Both the position numbers and the translations under genes were made by a program. Of a stretch of DNA of 64,000 nucleotides, positions 24,782 to 34,376 are shown one piece after another. Origin of the DNA: Ramazzottius varieornatus (taxonomy: Eukaryota; Animalia; Tardigrada); assembly GCA_001949185.1 (NCBI GenBank), contig BDGG01000011.1, positions 326,123 to 390,122 on the forward strand, in the 5' to 3' direction. The stretch's first letter is position 1; the number at the start of each line of letters is the position of its first letter. Under the pieces are notes generated by a model that worked only from the letters and a program-made list of their open reading frames with translations, had not been told where the DNA came from and did no database searches.

Positions 24782-25820
24782 ATGGGAACTACCGTAGTTC
24801 TTGATTGTGATTGGTTTATAATTGGGAAGCAAGCTTCGCTCAAAGTTTTGTCTTATGCAGTAGTTAGCGGTACCCTGCACGGCGACATAACGTTCAAGCT
24901 GCCGCAAACTGCCGCTCGATTTGGCGCAGACCTCGCCAGACAACCGCTGCATTCACACGGTCTAGTCTGGTCATCAGAAGGGCAGTTTCAGCAGCACCCA
25001 CTTCCAGAAATCTTCGTGTATCTGTTCAATCAAGTCATAAAGAAACGACCAATCGAGATCGAGTTCTACGCTAAAGGCTAGTGCTGGGATAAATACGATA
25101 TGATATTCTCTGATAAATATCTTTCAATATTTATATCTCGTTTTAGATATCAACCACGTATCGATATTTCGATATGATACGTTTCTGATACATTTTATTT
25201 TTGATTTATCGAATTTTATTACAGTGATTTATCGATATATCAAGCCAGTACCATGTTGAAAACTATCGAAATCAAGAAAGTTCCAAAGTGAAACCAAACG
25301 GTTGTCGCTCACTACGTTCGAGTCAGAACAAAGTCAAATGTCTTCGTGTACGCGTGTGTTCGTTGCTCATTCTATCAAGATCTGTCGTTACGCACCTAGG
25401 TACGCTGACTGTTCACTTCTCCGAAGTCAGCTTGGAAGCATGTGCGCGATACATTACGGGCGAGGCTGCGCTGCCTGCGCGGTACCGAACCGGAGTATTG
25501 ACTTCCGAAGTTCCGATTCTCAAGTGCGGGTTTGCGATTTATCTATATCAGAAATATATCGATATACCGCGATATGATATTTTCATTTATCATATTCCGC
25601 TCAGCGATATTCCGTCCATACCGACATGTCAATATGATATTTTTGTCATATCGAATCACTGTGATGTGATATATTTCGATAAGATACGATATATCATATT
25701 TATCTTAGCACCACTAAAGGCATACAAAAGTGCCGCTTGCTAGAGTCGTGGTTACATACTGTATATAATCTGGAAGATCTAGGCTGTCCTCGTTTTGACC
25801 AGCTGACAGACAAACCGTAG
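24782..25820 (+). pseudogene. DEDD/DnaQ-like nuclease of the kind found in Polintons, interrupted by a hAT MITE
   Basis: VVLDCDWF...LKVLSY...HGLVWSSEG...FYAKG continues in frame, once 25079-25713 and one TSD copy are removed, as IQKCRLLESWLHTVYNLEDLGCPRFDQL. Confidence 0.65.
25079..25713. mobile_element. hAT-type MITE, 635 bp
   Basis: 8-bp TSD CTAAAGGC at 25071-25078 and 25714-25721. TIRs are TAGTGCTGGGATAAATA and TATTTATCTTAGCACCA. Dense GATAT/ATATC subterminal repeats lie at both ends. Confidence 0.9.
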
Positions 25821-25852
25821 ACCACTTTGAACAAAGCTGTGGTCTTTGGGTC

Positions 25853-26368
25853 ATCGTTAACTACCCACAGATCCGGAACATCGGCGCGACCTGCCAGCTA
25901 GGATGCAAGTTAGATCTGGATAAAATTGAAGTCAGATTGCCTATGGCTCTTTATACTCCTAAGCGATTTTCTGGGATATCAGTCCGTATCCTGCAGCCAT
26001 ATAAAGCACACTGTCAACTCTATACTGACGGAAAGATGACAGTCAACGGAGCACGAACGCTGCGCTCTGCGAAACGACTGGCTCGACGATTCTGCTCGCT
26101 TTTGAGAACACTGGACTACGACGTCTCGGTTTCCGACTTTCGAGTGGTCAATATAATTACATTTTTTGACACAGGTCGAAGACCACGTTTGGAAGAACTC
26201 TCCCAGAGAACGAACGCCATGTATTTTCCTGAAATTTTCCCAGGTTTACGGGTTAGACTGAGTGGGTGCAGTGCAATATTATTTCACAGCGGCAAAGTTA
26301 AATTTTTGGGCGCCAGAAACAAACTGGATGTTGACGCTGCGTATTTGGAGCTGTTACTTCATTTATGA
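25853..26368 (+). CDS. Intronless TATA-box-binding protein (TBP)-like core domain inside the Polinton-like block; start codon apparently lost
   Basis: PQIRNIGATCQLGCKLDL...YTPKRFSG...QLYTDGKMTVNGA...DFRVVNII...YFPEIFPGL...ILFHSGKVKFLGA follows both TBP repeats. The frame is open from 25799, with no ATG before the homology begins. Confidence 0.85.
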   Translation: MVNYPQIRNIGATCQLGCKLDLDKIEVRLPMALYTPKRFSGISVRILQPYKAHCQLYTDGKMTVNGARTLRSAKRLARRFCSLLRTLDYDVSVSDFRVVNIITFFDTGRRPRLEELSQRTNAMYFPEIFPGLRVRLSGCSAILFHSGKVKFLGARNKLDVDAAYLELLLHL

Positions 26369-29300
26369 ACAGTAGCTGTACGGCTTTGTATTATATTCTT
26401 CATCTACGATAACACGCTTGTCATAAGTAAATTGACACCGTTTGTTCTGAACAGAAACTTGATGCAACTCCAGATGTTTCTTATTCCGTCGTATAAGATC
26501 CGTATACGGAACAACTACAACGTCTTTTTCCTTCAGCATTCGTAGCACTGAATCGAGGTTGACCAGTTGTGATGCTTCTCCTTTCAGTGCGAAGCCCTTC
26601 ATCTTGACCAAGGATTTATCAACGTTCGTCACGTAGGCGTATGACTTGGGTCCCACGGTGGCAAAACGTGTAATATGCTGCTCCGGTTTAATTCACTGGA
26701 TAAGTCACCTAAAAAGTTTTACACCGGTGAATCAGTGTCCCCTTCCCGACTGACAAATATTATGGAATCCGTATTTAAACACCGAAATAGCTTACTGCTG
26801 TACGTAATATTCGGACGACACACAGAAATTTGTATCTGGTTAATTACCGATATACGGTACGCGGTTTGCGCGTGAACCTTCCACTTAATCCATATACTTA
26901 AGTGGCAGTAATCGAGCGTAGCAAGTAGTGAACGCAGCTACAACTACGTTAACGGTGGCGTTAGGTTCCGCAAACCCGTCGGCAGACTTGTACGACAACT
27001 GTACAGTATTGTCGTTGATGAGGCCCCGTGACGTGACCGTACTTTCGCCCGACAACATTCTCTGCCAAAACTTTCCGGGTTCCGTGAAGAACTCGGTGTT
27101 CGCGCGATTTTCTTGCATACCGAATCGCCCCCAGAAACTGTTGAGGTGCAACTTCGCCAGTGTGCGGAGACCGGGATTGGAGACAATGTTGTCTGCCTTA
27201 AGCGTGATACCCTTGTGTTCTTCAAAGTCTCGTACGTACTGCACTTTCTTTTCATCGGTGTCACCGTCGTCAGGGTATCCGCTAGCCTCCGTTTTGATTT
27301 TATAAAACAGATCAATGTATGGTCGGAATAGCCTTTCTTTGACTTCCTCCCAGTGGTATACCTCACGCACTTTGAAGACCGTGTAGCCATGATCGACTGC
27401 TGCACGAAGCTCTGGTGTACACCATGTGCCCCGTAACGCGCGCTGGTCGTCACAATGCAAACAAGGATCTTTCTTTTGGGATTCGGCTCAAGATCGACAC
27501 AGCGGGACATCTCTTTTTCCTTTACATCTCACGGGTACTACAGGAATGTGCAACTGTTTTGGGGTGAGCATCTCGCACTTAACGAGACCGAAGTAATTGG
27601 ACAAACCGTGAAAGTTTTTGGTAACACTTTGATGGTGGCCAAACGGATAGCGACATGTTTTGTTTACCCAGGGGTACTCAGAAATGACATCCAAATTGCG
27701 GATTTTTTCGTCAGGTGTAACGGAGTGGTACAGTTTCAGTCGATTATTCCGCCCGCCGTAGAACGCATCTCGCGGCACTAGCGGTTCTGTCGGCTGATAT
27801 GACTTGACAAAAGCTCGCAAGTCACCATCTTACGGTTTATCTTCGGTAAACTGACACTCCCAGCAAGTAACGACTCCATATCCCTCTTGTTCCAAAAACC
27901 GCTCGCGTGCCTTCGTGTCTTCAAAAACTTCTTTCATGGTTTGCTTCCGGTACGGATGAGTAGCTCCCGGGTAATAGCATTTATGACATCCATGATAAAA
28001 GCATCTGGTCAGTGGCTTCGCAGAACCCGTCCACGTAGAACGATCCGATCTTTCTTTCCTGGCCGTTGAAACGATGTTCGATATCGATGTTGCGCGTTCG
28101 GGCCACCGACTCCATCCATTGAACAGCTACGACAGACTGCAGGCGGTTCAAGCCGTGATGCGACATCACGCCGATCTGTTTTTCTTCCACAAACTTTGTA
28201 CGCCAGAAAACGTTACACACCCCAGCAATGGTAGCAGCGGAAACAAACGGACATGAACCATCAGTAATGTCCATCTATAACTGACGGAATTGTTGGCAAC
28301 ACAACCGCAGCACTGTGACGTCCATTCGACAACACGCGTACATTTCTTGCTCAACATGATACCGTCCGTTCTTCTCACCTGATCTTTATTGTACCATTCT
28401 AGGAACGATGCCCTCTCTCGTTCGCGTATCTTCGAATAGTCAAAGTCGGCTAGTCCAGGATAGTCAATGCCGTCGGGAAGATTCCAGTTTCGCGAACAAT
28501 TTAGCTTGTGAGGAAAAGATCCTTTACTAATTCATTGCAGTCTAAAAGTGGCTGGCCATTTGGCTAGAGACTGTGGGTCATAGTAGTGAGTCTCTAAAAC
28601 AAATACGATACTTTTCGATATCCATTCGAATGATCTTGTTTCCATTCATGATGAGTTTAAGCATGATTCCGTTATCGATAAGCCACTTCAGAACAAAATA
28701 TCCATCAAAGGCCCGAAAGTTGTGGGCTATGACGTAAAACCCCTTATGTTTTGGCTGAAATATGTAGTTGCAGAGGTCGTCTGATGTCTCTTCCAAACGG
28801 CTCGCCTTCTTCAGGGAACACCGTTTCCTTTCCTTAATCATCCTGGATTGCGGCCATATTAGGGACCAGTACACCCGACTCACTCACATACGTTCCAAAA
28901 TCCAAGAACAAAAGGCGAGCGCTTTTGTGGCGCTGTCTGTCCTTATCCGAAAAACGTAACTTTTTCATGTAGCACTTGTGATCCGGCAATTGGTACGATC
29001 CGCAGTATGACAATATGGATCGTTTCATCCGTGTTCATTTCCCGGTGTACGATTCCGATCGTTGATCGTCTTGTAACATTCCTTACATCGATGGATATAG
29101 CTGCACGGGGCATGCCAATTGTTTGGTCCTGCTTTGCCTTCTGACTTGTGGTGGTCGTAGCAGTCTTGTCCGAGGAATACTCTGTTGCAATCGGGACACG
29201 GTATTTCAGGGTCTTCGTCACATGGGCATTGGTGACGTAGGCACAACGGACAGCGATATTCGCACCGATGGTCATGTAGACCGTTGTAACCCTTGTCACA

Positions 29301-30277
29301 TTTGTGGAACCCTGAAACATCAGACTACAGATGGTTGTATACAGTAGGCCACGCTGAGTGCATACTCACAGTAGCTTTTCTGAAAAAAACCAGTGAGTGA
29401 CATAGCACGTCATAATGGTTACCGTGATGGTAGAGTGGAATTCGGTTCTCGGCTTCAGGACCTTTCTCGACAAAGCTGTCTAAATGATTGGCACTGCACA
29501 CGTTAATTTGGGTGCCGGCAGCACCTAAGGAGGAGTAACTGTTCTAACTGTAGGTGTAGTGCATACGATCCAACACTCCGAAAAATTTCGTACCGCTTCG
29601 AAGGCAGGAATGTCGGCGATCGAGTAGACTCTGACAGCTAGACCAGCTTCTTCAATGAGTTGTAAAGCCTTGGACTTTTGATGCACAGTGCGCTTGTCGC
29701 AGAGCTTTTTGTATTCTGTGCGGTTTCCTTCGGAATGTGCTATCCCAACGACGATTGCACGAGCCATACAGATTTCGTTGCAGTTATCAATAGTCACAAT
29801 GCTCATACTGCGTTTTAAACGCTTTTTCAAGCGACGTGGTATTTTGCCAGAGCCTGCTTCGAATAGCGGTGTTGCGTAGCTGACAATAATATTGAAAGAA
29901 TCATCGAACTTGGATTCTTCTTGAGAGTTTAGAACCGTCTGTACCTCGAGCATCCATCGGTCCACGGTCAAGTCGAACTTGAGTACAGGAGGTGTCCAGA
30001 TTGGTATCTCCAAAGAACGAGTTTCAATACGTAACCCAACCAAATCCTGATCCGAAACGTTCGCTTGCACAACGTCTAGTATGTGTTGCAGTATAGAAAG
30101 CATAGTTGCAACGGCATCTTCAAAGCTCACTTCTTGCATATTCCGTATACTGACTTTGTACCGATCGAATGTGAGTCCATAGCGTTTACAAAACGATCAT
30201 CATCCAAAGTTATCGGTATGCTCGCAAGGCCCACTGCAGCCAAATTCTGGCGACTTGGTTACATCAGTTGAAAGCAT
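26363..30277 (-). pseudogene. Protein-primed family-B DNA polymerase (Polinton/Maverick type) with many stops and frameshifts
   Basis: Exonuclease motif AHNFRAFDGYF, FRDS, a VSR-like insert (FYVDGF), PRDAFYGGR, motif A DVISEYP, GTWCTPEL, KTEASGYP, motif B KLHLNSFWGRFG, a damaged (D)TDS near 26765, GPKSY, KMKGF and YDKR. The N-terminus has CMARAIVV, HYDV and a Cys-rich region. Confidence 0.92.
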
Positions 30278-30495
30278 GGTGTAATGTATGTGTTATATAA
30301 TTTTGGCCTGTAGCTTAGCATTCTGTGCCGTGAATGTCTATCAGGTCTTTATTTGAAACCAGAAAATCTGGAGTACATTTCGAGTGAGCGGGCTTGAATA
30401 GTCAACACTCAACAGGACTACGAGGACTGAAAAGTGAACTTCTTCGCCAGTGAATTCATACCGAACCTCTGACAGTCAATAGCTGTCTTCGATAA

Positions 30496-33048
30496 TTAGC
30501 AGTGCATTCGGTCCGCTGTGTAGGTCTTTGCGGGATACGCCCCTCCGTATGACTGAAAAGATGGATCATCATTAACCTGACATCAAAGCCCAAACTTGGG
30601 GCAGTAATCGAACGCTCACATCGAAGCTGGAGCCGAGCGACAGTCCGTCTCCCGCAACAATCACGTGTGATCCACTTGCGTCTTCTCCAAAGAGCAGCAA
30701 AAGAGGACTGTCGGGATCGTTGACGCTCTGGATAGCCGTCACTTTGACCATGGGATCAAGTTCTTTGGTCAGTGTGGAGCACAACGGTTGGTTGGCCTGT
30801 GTGGGTTGACCGGTGTAGCTGATACAAAGTTGCTTGGACGCTTCAAACACAACACCAGATTCGAGGTTAACAATGCTAAGACTCATAAAATAAGTGATGT
30901 TTTGTTTTTTATTTATTACAGTTATGGTAGACTATAAACTGGTCCTTGGTCAGCACTGTAGTTGTTGAGTCGGGCGGGAAAGAAGTTGATAAGGTTCCTG
31001 CCAAAGGAGGTGTTGACCAGGTGGCCTGGTAACAGGGCGTGGCTGGCTGGTTTGGTGGATAGCTGCAGGCAGCGGCTTTCGTCGGCTGAAATTATCTGGT
31101 GTGTGAACACTCAGTGAACCCTCACAAAACAATTCTGGTTTACAAAAAGGGCACGTACGTCGGCCGAGTTGGAGAGGAAGGTCGGGCCATTGTTACTGGC
31201 GACGAAAGCAAAATTAATTGGCAAGGTCTGACCTAGGGAGTCGTATCTCGGGAAGAGTACCGAGAGATCAACGGGGTTGGCTGTTTGACCTGTGGCCAGA
31301 GCGGGGTCGACGGTCGCCACCGTTTGACCCGGGTCATCTGGAGCTGCTTTCTTACCCATGGTGTATGTCATTGCACAGTTTCCTGCGGTAGAAAAATCCT
31401 GAATTTCTGTAAATTCCTTCCCAGTGCTACTGCTCAAGTATTGAAGTTTGATTGAAGGTTTCGGTGCGCATTGTCGATTGTATGCTTCAGTTTTCGGTAC
31501 CGTTTATCAGGACGTAAACATCTTGTTCCCTTGTCGCACCAGCTTCGTACAACAAGGAAGCCGTGGGAGCCTTCTTGCAAAAAGTGGAAAAGTCACCATC
31601 GGTACAAGTGCTCTTGACGAAGGGAGGAGCGGTCGTACCAGCGGTCGTTGTGGCCGTCGCTGCTGTTATACCGCTTGGACATGCCGTTGGGGTATTGCCT
31701 TGAGTATTGGCGGTTACTCCCGTCGTGGAAGCCGCTGTGGTCGACCCGAGAGTTGGGGTGGCAGTCGCAGGTGTGACCGTTGTAGTTGTGTTCACTTGCG
31801 CGGCGCAGTCCACTGGGAACAATCGATGGCACCGTACACCACTTCGTCTGGATGACAGAACGGAGAAAAGCGCTTACGTGGGTCACATTTCTTTCGATCA
31901 CAGCTGGTGGGGTACATCAGACTAATCAACTGGCAGTCACTGTTGCTGAGTCTGTCAAGCGCTGGTACGAAGAAGGGAGCTTTCTTGACCGTGAAAGCCT
32001 GCTGACCAGGTTTGGCCATGTCGGTGGAACGACTGTGGGTGATGGAGCAGTAGTCATACGGAAAGGCAGCCCAATAGGCTTCTTGGGCTGAATAAATCCT
32101 GTACGCTGTTCCACTGTAGGCATCTTCAGAGCAATTCATCAGATAAATATTCACCAGACAATCAAAATCAATTTTTGCAACAGACCATTTCTAGAGTTTC
32201 ACGTGACGGTCGATCTTACTTGCAGCTAAGGCGTCCTGCTTGACGTCAATGTAATCACCGCGATCGCCGCGTTGATGCTCGTTGCGTTTCCCAATAGTGA
32301 CAACAACGAACCTGCAAAACGAATACAGGCATTACTCCATCAAAACACCTACCTCTTGTTCCTTCCAATAGCGTGAGCTACAACTCACTTCATCAAGTCA
32401 CGCAATTTGCCGGTAAAACAGCCGGTTGGACCGCGAGCGAGAACCACACGTTGTTCTGTCTTGCCTGAGACTTGCAGGTCTTTGTAGAAGCCTGGGTAGG
32501 AGTAGCAGTATGGCTCGGCTGTTGTTCTAGGAACAAAAAGAACAGCATCCGGCACTCTTGGACGTGATTGCGACTTGCAAGAACATCGTCCTCCTACCCG
32601 TCATCCGCAAAGGGTGTGATCTTTACTTTATAAGACGGATCCGTGGGAAAAACTTCGGCAAACCCAATGCATGACTTCATATCGGCCACCACCTTGGCAA
32701 TAGCAGCTTTGATCTGCGTCCTCTCGTCGGCAGCTACAGTGGAAAGAAGTGTACAGACTCAAACCAGGCAGTTTGGATGAATTGACGATTGGTGTTCTCA
32801 GTTGAGGAACGGGCACATACTGTAAGCAGCGTCGAGATAGTAAGGAATGGCGGTTGGATAAGGCCATCGAAGAAATTGGGCTTGGATGTTGATGGTGGCA
32901 TCTAATCGAACAGAGTAGCATAATGGCGCTGAGAGATCTCTGTCGTGAGAACAGCATACGACCAGTAACAATTGTTTACAGGATGTATCTTACAGGTACA
33001 AGAGACGGCCAGAAGAAGCAAGGAGAGGGAGAGTAATCCCGCAATCAT
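30496..33048 (-). CDS. Secreted astacin-like pseudo-metalloprotease with a Thr-rich linker and an unknown C-terminal domain (multi-exon)
   Basis: Signal peptide MIAGLLSLSLLLLAVSC, then RWPYPTAIPYYLD, SCIGF and CYSYPG. The zinc-motif region reads MKFVVVTIGKRNEHQRGDRGDYI, followed by PYDYCSITH and LSNSDCQLISLMY. The 3' end is approximate. Confidence 0.75.
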
Positions 33049-33818
33049 CCTGACGGCGTTTTTTTGCTGGAATAACCACTTGACCGAAAAAAGGTGCAAC
33101 ACTGACGTCCCACGGATTGTCGACTGACTATTCGAGGTTTGTACGAGTTAGCATGTAAACGGGAGAACCGATCTCATTCGGTGGCGTGCCTTGTGAGCAA
33201 GGTCAGCGAAATTAGCAGGGTCTTTACCGTATGGCTGATTTTGCTTTGCCGCAAAGTTTATCTGTTCGAATCAAAACGACAATCTGTTCTTCTTAGGCTA
33301 CGTGAGCCCGAAACAGTTCTTTGCATTTCAGGAAGAATGATGCTTCAAATTAAATGTAAACGGTCTTGCATAAGCCTTGGCCGGCTGTACATCCTCGGAT
33401 AGCAATCAAAGTAGATTTTTGTTCGCGCCTGCATGTGATAAGCTGTTATGATACTTTTAGGCGAAGACTGCTCTCTTCGGGTTCCTTCAAGTGATCGATG
33501 GTAACTACAGTAGAGCTACGCACATCGTTGCATGGTTCATGCTGCGGAATGCGGATCCCTGCACAGATGAATGGGCTACTTCAACATGCGCATTACAGCC
33601 AATCTTCTTCACTCAACGTACGAAATTATTATGGGTCCTAAAGAAATCTCTCCGTTCCTAGTTTCGGAGCCCGTCTGTAGCCGTCAACTCTGTTGCATGC
33701 GGGCAACAGCTTTAGGCAACACTTCTGCCGGCCGCTGCAGCGCATGGGAGTTCTAACTTCCTAATCCCGCAGTAGCATCCAGGATTTGTCTTCTGACAAG
33801 TTATACAGCTCAAACTGT

Positions 33819-34018
33819 ACACGCAGGACGAGAAATTATGGTACAGTAAATATTATGGGACAGGCCTTTTCGCTACGGCGGTACGGGAGCACGTACGTAC
33901 GCGACAGATTTTACAGTAATACATTTTGCGACGCTTTTCTACGGCCGAATTTCCATGTTGTCGTCCTTTCCGCCTGTACCATAATTTTTACTGTACCGTA
34001 ATTTCTCGTCCTGCGTGT
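33819..34018. mobile_element. MITE / foldback element, about 200 bp
   Basis: About 47-bp near-perfect TIRs: ACACGCAGGACGAGAAATTATGGTACAGTAAATATTATGGGACAGGC versus the reverse complement of 33972-34018. Confidence 0.8.
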
Positions 34019-34376
34019 CGAGAAAACCCGCCTATCTTCCTGCAATATCGGTTTAAGCATCATGATGTAACGGTTGGCGCAATCCCCTTGTGAGCATATT
34101 CTCAGTTACAGGCTCGTCTGTGACCATGACACAGCAGCAAATCTCGGTTTGGTTTTTCCAGAATAGAATCCAGAATTTTGATACGACACTGTGCGTACTG
34201 ACAGAGAAACTATTGTGAAGTAAGCCTGGATATCGTAGTTACAATAGGTTAGTTGCAGTCGGTACCAATTACCAAACTGCAGATGGGGTGCATAACCTAT
34301 GTGCCCATAAACTAGTCAAAAAACTGCAACTGCAGGAATGCATTCCTACGTTGTATTCCCACGTACTGACAGTGCC

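Larger units (their letters stand above)
22875..30277. mobile_element. Decayed Polinton/Maverick-like (adintovirus-like) endogenous element fragment
   Basis: Protein-primed PolB pseudogene with tightly packed neighbours (TBP-like, DEDD-like nuclease, BIR, acidic ORF), nearly all showing lesions. No TIRs, integrase, ATPase or capsid were recognised, so the boundaries are approximate. Confidence 0.8.

Noticed and set aside
25079-25260. GATAT repeats as a CRISPR-like array
   Set aside because: No regular repeat-spacer periodicity; explained as hAT subterminal repeats in a eukaryotic genome.
30293-30300. TTATATAA upstream of pPolB as a target for the element's TBP
   Set aside because: It is only about 20 nt from the candidate ATG at 30277, and such AT motifs occur by chance.
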